NCBI GenBank assembly: GCA_002269645.1
Contig: NIVC01000049.1
Coordinates: forward strand, 1-64,000
Reading direction: 5' to 3'
From: Macrostomum lignano
Lineage: Eukaryota
DNA length: 64,000 bases
Shown here: one piece after another, positions 11,906-23,469 of the stretch
How positions within the stretch are numbered: the first letter of the stretch is position 1
Layout: the number at the start of each line of letters is the position of its first letter
Made by a program: the position numbers and the translations under genes
Notes under the pieces: model-generated
What the model was told of the DNA's origin: nothing
Database searches by the model: none
What the model saw: only the letters and a program-made list of their open reading frames with translations

Positions 11906-12622
11906 TCATCCAGCACAGCTGAAACACCCAAGTCCGTTGTTGTGGACACCGGACAGAGCTGGAGTCTGGGGCTGCGCGGATTTCTGACGCCTCGGTGTGG
12001 GAGGCGGCATCGTTGGTGGCTGAGCGGGTGGCCGGTAGCAGGGCACCGGGCTGTAATACTCAAACTCGGACCGGTCAACGTACAGCAGCACTTCCTGCTC
12101 GCCGCTTCGATAATATCGGCATAAAATCTTTCTACGTCGTTCAGTCAGCTCAAAATGAATTCGGGTTCGGTAAGCTCGATAAGACAGAATGATGCCGTCG
12201 TCCAGGTGAAAGCCGGCCACGAGTTCATATTTTGAGTCTGCTTTCTGGCCGAGTTTCTCGTGAAATTTTCTGCGCAATCGTTGCGCCCGAGCCTCTTCCA
12301 TGACGTCCGGCTCGCGGAAGGCGGCCAGCGCAGCTAAACGGCGTCGGCGACTTCGACGAGAGCCGGTGGAGCCGGAGTCCGCCCTGCCGCACCGGCCGTG
12401 TCCGCCGACAACGCCGCCGACGCCTCCGCTCAGATCGGCACCGCCGCTGCCGACGCCTCCGCTGGGTTCAACGCTGACAATCCTAGCTGTGGCTGCCGTG
12501 AGAGCGTTGGCGACGGCCGGCACGGTGGGCACCACGACTCCTGGGATGCGCTTGAGCTTGATGCTCGGCAGGTCGGCTTCGAGCAGGGCGCCTGGTACAC
12601 CTGCTGGGAAGGAATTCGACAA
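11906..12622 (-). CDS. Hypothetical protein exon/ORF (Gly/Arg/Pro-rich), no recognised domain
   Basis: 238-codon GC-rich open frame with no in-frame ATG at its start, so probably an internal exon or a degraded gene. Confidence 0.35.
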   Translation of the reverse strand: MSNSFPAGVPGALLEADLPSIKLKRIPGVVVPTVPAVANALTAATARIVSVEPSGGVGSGGADLSGGVGGVVGGHGRCGRADSGSTGSRRSRRRRLAALAAFREPDVMEEARAQRLRRKFHEKLGQKADSKYELVAGFHLDDGIILSYRAYRTRIHFELTERRRKILCRYYRSGEQEVLLYVDRSEFEYYSPVPCYRPPAQPPTMPPPTPRRQKSAQPQTPALSGVHNNGLGCFSCAG

Positions 12623-14012
12623 ATAAGATCGGTTGTGACCGTCATTTCAGAGCATTAGTTTCCAAACGCGAGAAAAACATTTTTCATATTAAAACGCCTT
12701 AAAACTACTTATGACATGGTTTTTCAAGCGTATAGTTAGTAGTTAAACCAGTAAATAATCTAAAAGAAGTATGGTCATGGCTTGTCAACAGATTGTGCGT
12801 ATAAGAGTAATATGTGCATATACTGTACTATACTACACTACACTACACTACATACATACATGCCTACATGCATACATACTTGCATACATACTACATGTAT
12901 GCTTGGGTTGGATATCCCTAGACAAAATATATAACACATATGCAGGTTTTGTGTAACAGCCCATGAGACCAATTATAACAAAGATTGTACATCCTATACT
13001 GTAGTAGCTTTGGTGTATTACGTGGGGGTCATTTTTATTGCGGCTGAACTCAGATTTCTTTTGAATAAATTAAAAATATTACGTATTGTCGTGTTTTAAA
13101 CATAGAAAAAAACAAAATAGAAGTTTTAGAAAAATTATTAAGTCAAAAGTATATAGCTTCAAAATAGAATAGCTAATAAAAATCGTTTTTAATCAAATTT
13201 GATTTTGTCTTTTTTATTGAAAACGACTTTCGAAAACAAGTGGAACTAGAAAACATTTTTGACTTTTTCCCTACACTTGCCAACTCCGTGCGGTCGAAGA
13301 CTGCCACCGCGGCTGCTACCTCTGGAGCCCATCGGTTGAGCTGTCGGTGGCGGCATGGTTGCAGAGCTTAGAGACAGGTGAAACGGATTAAAATAGTCTC
13401 CTTGAATGTCCTCTTTGTCCTCTGAATACAGTTGTTTTCTGCTTGCTTCTTGTCCTTTTATATTCGCTCGTACGTCTGAATATGCAGATTTCCGGCACCG
13501 CAATTTATCCCACTTAAGCCAAAGTCACTTCGAATTGCATGCCTCTGAGAAAGGACAACTGGTCCACCAGGGCAATTACAGCTGGGATTTGCGGCTTGTT
13601 AGCGGCTGAGCGTCGAACAGTTGGGAAGCAGAAATGACGATTTCGTAATGGTTCTCTTGCTTGAAAAGATTGTGATGCAAAAATAGATGTTCCAGACGGA
13701 TCTTGTTTGACTTTAGATTGCCTTACTTCAATAGTACAGCCTGCAATGAAAGATGGTTCGCATTTCCAGGGGCCAAAAGATTCGATCCAGGGTATTGCAC
13801 TCTTACGAGCGTATGAAGTTTTACTAGCTCGTACGAGCTTATCTCTACTTCTTTAAGAAGCTGTACTCATCAACAGTCAAAATTGTCCCTGTCTCTCAGT
13901 TGAGTGGCACGCTTGTGAGACGCTTGTTGAGAACAACCATTGACAGAACAAGGTCTACTCGTATGTTTGAGGAAGAAGCGATTTAAGAAGAGTCCATTTA
14001 TCTGTTGACGCA

Positions 14013-14150
14013 ATGGTTCGACGAATAACTGACGGAGAACGCTGGTATGCTCGATGCCGCGGTTTGTCGATTCAAGAAGTTGCCCGTCGATTTGGTCGAT
14101 CCCACTCAGCAATCCGCATGCTGTACTTTAAGTCCATGGAGACGGGAGTG
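14013..14150 (+). pseudogene. Tc1-like transposase N-terminal HTH fragment
   Basis: MVRRITDGERW..RGLSIQEVARRFGRSHSAIRMLYFKSMETG resembles the Tc1 paired-like HTH. No DDE region follows. Confidence 0.55.
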
Positions 14151-14454
14151 TGGCTCGTTGCGGCAAAGAACGTCATGATCTATGCAGCACCACTGTCAGA
14201 GCCAACCAAACAACTCGACGGCGGGTCAAGAGGGCTGCTTCATTCCAAAATCAGATATTCGATGCTTGGTGCCTTGAATATAATCGTTTTTTATGGAATT
14301 TAAGACATGATTTAGCCATAGATGGTGTTGCAAAAAGCTCGTATTTTGAATTGACTTGAATCAGCATAATTGTTTGAAAGTATTCACTTTTTTTCTGCAC
14401 TAACTATTGAAATGGAAATACATGGAGTTATTTATTTGAAAAGCATCTTCAATT

Positions 14455-16176
14455 ATGCTGGCAGCAAACAAAAGGCACATAATTTCATCTTACCTAGTTA
14501 TGATGGTGCTGTTCTTTTGCAAAACTTCCGAGAGTCTGCTGCAGCCGTCTGTTCGAATCTACGTTTACCAGCAGGTGTGCATGAGCAAAGGAATATCCTT
14601 AGCCGTGTGCGAGTCGCACTCCCAAGGCGACTCTCAATCAAAGAATCGACTGCACATGACGGACGAACAGCAGAGTATCGTTCAGCGTACGGCATCCAAA
14701 TACCTCTTGGCCTACCGCATGCTGGTGAACCTGCCGGCTGTGTTCTTCAGCGTGTTCGCCGGCTCGTGGAGTGATCGAGTTGGCCGCAAGTATCCCATGA
14801 TGCTGCCGCCGTTGGGAGCTATTTTAGCAACAGTTTGCTACGGCGCTAGCAGTGCAATCGATGACTCCACAAATCTAGGCTGGGTGATGGCCGGAGCCGC
14901 AGTGTACGGCTTTTTCGGCAAGTCCACGGTCATGACCATTGCCTGTAGCAGCTACGTCGCCGACATCAGCAATGCTGAGGATCGAACAAAGCTGCTAGGG
15001 CGGTTGCTTGCTATGAACTTCTTCGGCGTTTTCGTTGGATCACTGCTCACAAGTATATTTCAATGCTTTAACAGCGTCAACTCCATGCTCCTAGTCGTCT
15101 TGGTAATTAACTTAGCCATCGAGTTGACAATTGTCTTATTTGTCCACGAGTCTGTAGAGTCCGCCGAGAGCGCTAGCTGCTACCAGTTGGTCTGTCCGTG
15201 CATGAACACCGACACTAAAAGCTGGGCAATTCGCGATTCCATCGGATTTCTGCTTCGTCGAAGGCCGCAACAACTACTGTTGCTGTTCTTGTTTGTGTCA
15301 TTGTGTGTTAACCAAATATGCAAGCAAGGCGAGCACGACGTACTTTTGTTGTTATCAAAGCACGAACCGTTCAACTGGCCGGGTCATTTCTACGGTTACT
15401 ATCTGTCAGTGTACTATGCCAGCATGGGACTCAACCTAGTGGTCATCCTGCCAATTATGATGCGCTGGATGGATCTGCGCGACTCCGTACTCGTCATGGT
15501 CGGCTTATTTATGAAAATCATTCGGATGGTGATAATTGGCACCGCAACTTCAACTTTAATGCTTTACTCCAGCGCTGTTCTAGGCTGCTTCGCTGGTTTC
15601 ATTGTATCTGCAATAAAATCAATGACTTCGAAGCTAGTTGAGGAGTCAGAAATTGGTCAGACGTTCTCATTGCTGTCCTGCGCAGAATCCGTTGCAAGCC
15701 TGGTTGGACCCTCGCTGTTCTCGCCTATCTATGCCTCTACCGTGGACATCTTTCCAGGCTCGGTGTTCTGTCTGGATGCCGGGGTTCAGATTCTGTTGCT
15801 ATGTTGTTTCTTCCGAATCTACTTAACCAAAGGCGATATCAAAGTCTACGAGAATGGAGATGTCAAGTCCATAAGTCCAGAAGATGCCAACGCCGAAAGT
15901 GCACCAGAAACTAACAGACGTGATGAAGCAAGCGAAATCCAAGTCAGCTCAGTTGACGAAAGTGGTAGTGACGTAAAGGCCGTAGAAAAATCCATTGCTA
16001 ATGACAATCAAGCTGACGCCATTGATACCGGAACTAACGACCTTGATTGTGAAAAGAGTAGCAAAAGCGATTTAAGTACCAACGAATTGCATGCAGTAAA
16101 TCAAAAGGCAGAAGCAGCAAGCTCGAAGGACGTGGAGGATAACGTTGAAGTCAATCCAGAAAGCAAGTCCCGGTGA
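14455..16176 (+). CDS. MFS transporter, SLC46/PCFT-HCP1-like (paralogue 1), 573 aa, intronless, acidic C-tail
   Basis: ~12 hydrophobic segments; GSWSDRVGRKYPMMLPPLG and CSSYVADISNAEDRTKLLG motifs; Cys-containing first loop. Confidence 0.9.
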   Translation: MLAANKRHIISSYLVMMVLFFCKTSESLLQPSVRIYVYQQVCMSKGISLAVCESHSQGDSQSKNRLHMTDEQQSIVQRTASKYLLAYRMLVNLPAVFFSVFAGSWSDRVGRKYPMMLPPLGAILATVCYGASSAIDDSTNLGWVMAGAAVYGFFGKSTVMTIACSSYVADISNAEDRTKLLGRLLAMNFFGVFVGSLLTSIFQCFNSVNSMLLVVLVINLAIELTIVLFVHESVESAESASCYQLVCPCMNTDTKSWAIRDSIGFLLRRRPQQLLLLFLFVSLCVNQICKQGEHDVLLLLSKHEPFNWPGHFYGYYLSVYYASMGLNLVVILPIMMRWMDLRDSVLVMVGLFMKIIRMVIIGTATSTLMLYSSAVLGCFAGFIVSAIKSMTSKLVEESEIGQTFSLLSCAESVASLVGPSLFSPIYASTVDIFPGSVFCLDAGVQILLLCCFFRIYLTKGDIKVYENGDVKSISPEDANAESAPETNRRDEASEIQVSSVDESGSDVKAVEKSIANDNQADAIDTGTNDLDCEKSSKSDLSTNELHAVNQKAEAASSKDVEDNVEVNPESKSR

Positions 16177-16955
16177 TACTGTTTATCTGTTTGATATATA
16201 TATTTTACGTTTAATTTGTCTAAGAATATAAAAATGTTAAAATTTCATTGCCCGTTTTCGTTTTGATCAGAATTTATCATATTCGATCATATTGTGTGTA
16301 TTTATTCACAATCAAATTAAATTAATGTTGCTACAGAGAAGTTTAAAACTGCGCATTAGAGTTTCATTATTAATACAAGTACAACTAAACGTAAAATCAT
16401 TGAAGCTTTTAAGAATATACCAAATAATCATATCTAATGCAATGAAATCAGTAACTCTCTAAGATCTGACATTTAAATACACCAAAATTATATGATCATT
16501 TTAGCTGGTCATCTACAGATATTCTGCCTGTGCAATAGTTGCATACACGATGGTTGGAAAAATCTGGTCTAATTTTTTAAGCCAGCGTGATTGCCATTCA
16601 AGAATCGCTTGATTAATGATTGCTGGCGGTGAGGGCCTAACGCATTATGCAGAACGATGTAAACTTAGGGTATTATCGTTCTCAATTCTGTTCCGGAAGT
16701 GGAATATATCAAATGGGAATAATAGCACGAGTGTACGAGCTATTTTGCTGTTTCAAAAGTTGGCTTTTAACTGTGGAGTTCGCGGTACGAAACTGGGCGG
16801 CAACTGCCATTTTAGGCTTTGTAGTTCTGATTCAAATAGATCGAACTACCATAGGAATAGCACTCAGTAAATAGATAATTCAGAGTTCCGAGCAAGCATT
16901 AACTTAAACGCGTAAAGACTGAAACTTTCAAGAGCCTGCGTCACTAGGAAGCAGG

Positions 16956-18461
16956 ATGCTGACGGACTATGCAAAACGCCGCATCCCGTCCTACATTGTG
17001 ATGCTGGTGTTCTTTGTTAACAAAGCTTCCGAGAGTCTGCTGCAGCCGTCAATTCGAATCTATATCTATCAGCGGGTGTGCATCGGAGAGGGCATGCCCA
17101 AGACTGAGTGCGATTCCGACGACTGGAACTTGATTGGCAAGCATCACATGACGGCCAACGAAGAGAACAAGGTGCAGCGGGAGGCGTCCAAGTACCTGTT
17201 GCTGTACCGTGTACTCTTTAACCTGCCGGCCGTGTTCTTCTGCTTTTTTGCCGGATCGTGGAGCGACCGCGTGGGTCGCAAGTACCCGATGATGCTGCCT
17301 CCTCTTGGCGCTGTTCTCGCTGTCGGCTGCTTCGCTGTCGGTAGCGCAGTCGGAGGCGCCGCGACTCTCGTCTGGGTGATGGTCGGCGCTACTGTGTACG
17401 GCTTCTTCGGCAAGTCTACGGTTATGACCATGGCCTGCAGCAGCTACGTGGCCGACACAAGCAGCCGGGAGGATCGAACGAAGCTTCTTGGTCGACTTGT
17501 AGCAATGAACTTCTTTGGCATCTTCGTGGGATCTTTGCTTACCGGCGTGTTTCAGAGTTTCGGCAGCGTCTATTCCATGCTGATCGTCATCTTGGTTGTC
17601 AACCTCGTGCTCGAGCTGATCATCGTGTTGTTTGTCGTCGAGTCCGTGGAGTCCACAGACGGAGCCGGCTGTCTACAGCTGGCGTGTCCGTGTGTGAACA
17701 CCGCCACCAGGAGCCTCTCTGCGCGAGACTCCATCGGCTTCCTACTGCAAAGACGTCCAAGGCGGCCGCTGATGTTGTTTTTGTTCTTGGCGCTCTTCGT
17801 CAACCAGCTTTGCAAGCAGGGAGAGCAAGATGTTATTTTGCTTCTTGTAATGCACTCTCCATTTAACTGGCCGGGTCAGTACTACGGTTACTACCTGCTA
17901 GTGTACTACGCGTGCATGGGACTCAGCCTTGTGATCATCCTACCGCTGCTGACGCGCTACGTGGACCCGCGTGACTCCGCTCTGGTCATGACTGGACTGG
18001 TCACAAAAACTGTTTACCTTTTGATTACCAGCCTAACTCAGAACTCTTGGTTACTGTTTTGCAGCGCTGTTCTAGGTTGTTTTGGTGGCTTCATCGCCTC
18101 TCCGACCAAATCCATGACCACAAAAATAGTTGAGCAGTCGGAGATCGGTCAGACTTTCTGTTTGCTATCCTGCGTTGAAGCTTTAGGAAGTTTTATCGGG
18201 CCAACTTTGTTTCTGATGATCTACAACGAAACTGTGGACTTCTTTCCTGCAATGATACTCTCGATTGACGCAGTGCTACACTTCTTGCTATTCCTCTGCT
18301 TTATTGGAGTGTACCGTGGCGACCAGGAGTTCAAAGATGGCGACCAGATTGATATGTACTTTTCCTCTGTTAAAAGAAGCACCGCCGGATTTGACTGCAG
18401 TGATAAGGAAAGGTCTAGCTTGCTACAGAATGACACCAAGCTGAGCAAAGATTTCCTCTAG
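16956..18461 (+). CDS. MFS transporter, SLC46/PCFT-like (paralogue 2), 501 aa, intronless
   Basis: Same motifs; aligns with paralogue 1 across the whole transmembrane region. Confidence 0.9.
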   Translation: MLTDYAKRRIPSYIVMLVFFVNKASESLLQPSIRIYIYQRVCIGEGMPKTECDSDDWNLIGKHHMTANEENKVQREASKYLLLYRVLFNLPAVFFCFFAGSWSDRVGRKYPMMLPPLGAVLAVGCFAVGSAVGGAATLVWVMVGATVYGFFGKSTVMTMACSSYVADTSSREDRTKLLGRLVAMNFFGIFVGSLLTGVFQSFGSVYSMLIVILVVNLVLELIIVLFVVESVESTDGAGCLQLACPCVNTATRSLSARDSIGFLLQRRPRRPLMLFLFLALFVNQLCKQGEQDVILLLVMHSPFNWPGQYYGYYLLVYYACMGLSLVIILPLLTRYVDPRDSALVMTGLVTKTVYLLITSLTQNSWLLFCSAVLGCFGGFIASPTKSMTTKIVEQSEIGQTFCLLSCVEALGSFIGPTLFLMIYNETVDFFPAMILSIDAVLHFLLFLCFIGVYRGDQEFKDGDQIDMYFSSVKRSTAGFDCSDKERSSLLQNDTKLSKDFL

Positions 18462-19010
18462 GCTGAAAGTATGTATGAATTAGCCAACAAAGATGAACTT
18501 AACACTGAACTTGATATTTTCATTACTTTATGCACATTTAAATTGGTCAGAATCAAAACCTTAAAGAAGTAAGACCTGGAAATTAAAGTTTTAAGAAAAG
18601 CAATAATTCACCATTAAGGAAAAACCCACAAACATCGCACTAGGTTTTTTTATTCAAAAACTGTTGTTTTAATTTTAATCGCATTATTCAAACTTTTGTT
18701 TCTTGCAGCTTTTTATGGTAGCCTTTGATCACTTAAAATGCATATACTTTGCTATTGTTATCAAGATAACAATGTTTTTTAAGATATTTATTATTGTCTC
18801 CAATGATAAACTATTTGAAGTCCTGCAAAGAATGATATTAGTTGTTAGCATCTGCTTAAGTTGCTAGTGCTACGATAATAGAAAAATATTCTAAATTAGT
18901 TTTTGTCGAATAACTCTTAAGTTTATTGCAAGTACAGTTGGTCTCTTCTAAAAGATTGATCATGGACGAATTGTTTATTATTTTAAACCTGGATATAACA
19001 AACTCTGTAT

Positions 19011-20575
19011 ACAAAATAAACGTATATTTTTGACACCCGGGCACCCCTCTCATCGGATAAGTTCAAAACTCAACAGTTCGGTTGTAAACACTTTCAAGTT
19101 TGTGTCTGTTAAGTTTCAATTCCAAATGATACAATTGAGGGGGGGAGGTAAGTTTGTATTCTGCCTGCCGCCATGCATTGACACACAAATAACAACTGTT
19201 GTTATTAGAAAAGTTCACCGGTTCCACACCTGGAAGTAAGTCGGTAAGCCAGTTGGGATCCCCTGTGCAACAAGCGGAATATGCAGCGCCTCGTCGAAAA
19301 ATTCCGCACAAGAAGACAATACAAACGGCATACAAAATTTCTATGGGCGGCCGCAGAGTTCAAGAACAACCGGGGCGATTTTGACGTATTGGGAGAAATG
19401 CACAAGGACGACTTTTAGCAGGCACAAGTGCCAGCAAATCTGCACACTTTACGCCCATTGGTTCAACTGATTGCCAAAGGCGATCTCCATTTGCACCGAT
19501 ACCGCGCCTAAGTGAAGTGTAGCAAGGACCTCTGTCGGAACATGCTGGAGCAGTTGCCATTGCAACATGCGTAGGTTTTTCGTCGACGAGGCAATTCATT
19601 CCGGACTGACGGCACGGTGAATTTATGGAACCGACCGGCTCTGGGCAGTGGCGGACACACGGCCAGATATCCCAGCTGCGGGCCAGCATCAATGTGCTGA
19701 GAGCACTATTATTCTGGCAGCATTCTCACGTGACTGGCTAAGTGGACCGTGACGACTGCAGCAGGTCGCGATTTGCTGCAGTTCTTTCTCCTTCCTAACC
19801 TGGAAGCTGCTGATGTTGGCGACGTGTGGTTCGTACAGGATGGAGCGCCTGCTCACACTGCACTCGTGACAAGGCAGTTTCTAGTAGACACTTTCGGAGC
19901 TCAGACTGTTCCGTCGGCCGTTTTTTGACGTGTCATGGCCATCGCGATCGCCGGACCTCAATCCTGCTGATTTTTCTTTGAGGCTTCTTTCGAGACTACG
20001 TGTACGCCAACGGTGGCTTTCCGAGCAGGGCGCAACCGGATGTTGCCATCTTGGAGGTGTTCACGTGGAAGTGGGCGAACAGTAAGGATGCAGCGCGAAA
20101 AAAATGCAGCTGAGTTCTTTTTGGCGCGTCTGCAAGAGTGCATTATAAATAATGGGAGGGATTTTCAGCGCGGATTAAATCGTGGAGATGCCTACGACTG
20201 ATTCTTTCACGTCTGCTACTTCTGCTATTCGGGCTTTTAGTTTGCCCCTAGTTGCATTCCACTCTTTGGGACATTGATCATGCCCCTTGTTGCTTTGTAT
20301 TCCTTGTTGAATGTTTTTTCTGGTGTACATCAGAGGTGTTTCTGTCGTATGTGGCAATGCACGACTGCAGCAGCGAAAACGCAAACATATCCCAAATTTT
20401 CAGCCCTTGTAGTACGGCCTTTGAACTTTGGGCAAAGCAGCATATCATCTGAAGCGAAGCATTACAGACAAAAACCTGAAAGTGTTTACAACCGAACTGT
20501 TGAGTTTTGAACTTATCTGATGAGAAGGGTGTCAGAAAATAAATTTATTTTGTCCCCTTTTATTGAAACACCCGT
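19011..20575 (+). mobile_element. Degraded Tc1/mariner-superfamily element with long TIRs
   Basis: 19011-19095 is the inverted counterpart of ~20465-20552, and the right end closes with ...TTGAAACACCCG. Broken frames carry WFVQDGAPAHTA (19828-19863) and WPSRSPDLNPADF (19936-19974). Confidence 0.85.
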
Positions 20576-21760
20576 CATAAACATGATCGACAGAAATCAT
20601 TTGCCAGTGAAATATCTCCATGTTGTTTTATCCTGTGAATTGGATCATAACGAGGATAAAGAGATTGGTTGATTTATCCAGTTCATCATCAGCGACTTTC
20701 GTCGAAATGATGATGACAACATCATGGGAGTGGAGCTATCTAACCTGCCAACAAACAGACAGTGACATAACCCAAGCGAGCGCTTCAACTAATGCTGTTG
20801 AGATCAAGTCGTTACGATGGAAATTGATTCTCTGTCTAAATCTATTCGAGGGAAAATGAAATTGCATGGGCAAAGGTTCGCTGAATAAAAATGCTTGAAT
20901 TTGGTTACTCTGGGGACACCAGAGTGAAATCAAACGAGCATTGGCGTCTCTATAATATATTTTCGCTTGGCAAAGTCAGTGGCGAAAAGTACTCTGCCTC
21001 AAGCTTTGTTTGCATTCAAGCTGGGATCTAGCACTTCTTCAAACTACATCATCGTAAAGCAAGAAATCAACATTGTCGATGGACCCGAATTTCGCAGCGC
21101 TACTCGCTTGCTGCCCAATAAAAGTCCAAGAACTTCATACTGCAGACGGAAGAAGTGCAAAGCGTTTACAATATGGGAGATTGTGATCTTGAGAAAATAT
21201 TTGCGTACTTACTTCGATCGGTCAAATAGTAAACGACTGCAGGAGGAAATCATCTTCACCCTGCTGTACGTACTGGGTGAAAGAGGGTAGGAACATTTCT
21301 AGCAGTTACGCAGTGGAATCTTATTCAAAAGTTCGACCAAGACGGTGAGACGTACATGTATTGTATTCTCGTAGCAACCACTGTGGATGCTACATCGTCG
21401 TTCAGATGCCATTGGTAGTGCTATGTTTCATTTATCGTTGGTTTTTTAAAAGCATACAGAATGAATTTAATACAGAATTAAAAATTTTGACAACAGTCTA
21501 TTGTAAAAATATTTTCTCGTTTGAAAATCACAAGCTTTGCCAGTGCATGGGCTTGGTCTATGTATTGATAGCAATATTTTTCTTTAATCCTTTTAAAATC
21601 CAAAACTACCCAAGCAACAAATGACGTTTATGGTGGAAGGCACAGCGCTTCCTTAACTTTTAGTGTCTGCCTAAACACGAGGTTATTACATAAAAAAGAT
21701 TTTACACCATTTTACCTACTATTTTGAACAAAGTCACAGAAAGAAACGGAAATATATACC

Positions 21761-22054
21761 AATATGGATGGGCTGCTTAGGGCAGAAATGAGCGAAGCGA
21801 GCGGAGCGCCGAGGCCAAGGAGTTCTACAATTAGCAATCTGGAGCGGAAGCGAGTTTTACCTCATGAGGCCATGCCAATTGTAAAGAATAAGGAGCCAGC
21901 ACTGAATGTCTATGGCTCTGTCTGACTCTGTCTATGCTAGTCTGGCCTCATGAGGTAAAACTAAAAAATTCGTTTCCACTCCAGGTTGCTACTTATAGAA
22001 CTCCTTGGCCGAGGCCGATTTGCTTATTTCTGCCCGTAGAAGCCTATCCATATT
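21761..22054. repeat. Imperfect inverted repeat (old foldback/MITE)
   Basis: 21761-21872 matches the reverse complement of 21943-22054 with mismatches and indels (shared GGCCAAGGAGTTCTA and AGTTTTACCTCATGAGGCCA). Confidence 0.7.
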
Positions 22055-23469
22055 AATATTATAGCTAGTATTAGCCATAGTCAGAGCCATGGCCATAGCC
22101 ATAATAGCCATATTATGGCTATTATGGCACTACAGACCCAACAACTTAAGCGGGCACGAAATGATATTTTGCGCTCGCTGCAACTGTCTATGACAAAAAC
22201 GCCTTCAGTTCTATAGATTGACTTCATTTCGCGCCCGCTGTTACTGTTTATGGTAAAAATTCCTACGAGGGACCCCTACTACTCATAATTCCATATAGTA
22301 GCCTGCATTCCTCGATTATTTCTTCACTTTATCTACAGTATTTTCTTGTTTTTGCATCATGTTGCGCTAAGACAAAATACGCAAAGACAAAATAGACGGT
22401 TTGACTGGCGATGAGTTGGATTTTGTCGTTCTTCTTGTACACCGAGAGGATACCGTCCCAATCGGCCAATGGACAGGCCTTACCGAGAACCAGGAACGCC
22501 TCATCGACGAGGAACTCCGTGATCCAACCAACATTGACGACATTTCTCTGTTGCGTGAGTTGACCTCTGAAGAACAAGATCTTCTGCGACAGGTAGAGGA
22601 GGAAAGTCTACCGCCAAGCAGACGGAACAACATTATAAAGGTTCAAAACGTTTCTGATGGAAGAGGGAATGCCAATTGACATTGATAGCATCCAATGCTG
22701 GTTCAAATTCTGTTTGGAACTTAGCAATCCAGTTTGCCAAGCACCCAATTCGTTTGGCAACTGCAAGTTTGAAAACTGTACCTGGAACATCACCCCAACA
22801 AGTGAGTGTCGGATCGAGCAGACAACTTTTAGCCTTTTTGAGACAATGATGCGTCAAATACTTCATTGTATACGTAAATACGAGCTATATTTATCAGCTC
22901 ATGTTTTGTTTTAATCTGTTATTTTGGATATTGATTCTGCTTGTTTATCCACCTCTTGGCATAAATATAAAGAATATACGCCATTTGGTTTGGCCATAGA
23001 CGTTGGCCGCAGGCAAATATCGTTGGTTTCATCCTCATTTCGACACGCTCTGGCCTGCCTTAATATATTTCTTCCAAACTTGGACCGGGCCAAAGAAATG
23101 ATAGGCCCGGCCAAAGAAATGAAAAAAAGCATTGAACCATAGACAGACACGGCCCAGCCAAGTGGGGAAGAATTGAATTTCCGCAAGGGCTGTGATTTCT
23201 TAAAGTGTTTGAATTGAAGTTCTGCTTGTTTCTTTTGAATAAGACTTTGTTCAAAATAGGAGGTAAAATGGTGAACTTTGTCTTTATATGTGATATCTGT
23301 CATCTTCTTCAACTCAATCTAAGCAGCAATGCCAACTGACAACCAACCAGGACTTATTTCTTTTCGCCTCAAAAATAAGAAATTTTAATCCACAGAATGC
23401 TTAAAAATTAGACAAAGAATTGAAAAATGCACGCTTGTGGTTACCGAAGCTAAGCATTAACCAGATCAA

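Noticed and set aside
20583-21290. Long single frame with few stops (possible pseudogene or piggyBac tail)
   Set aside because: Several stops remain and I could not identify a convincing motif.
22401-23312. Short ORFs hinting at a tyrosine-recombinase N-terminus
   Set aside because: The resemblance is too weak, and no R-H-R-Y catalytic motifs were found.
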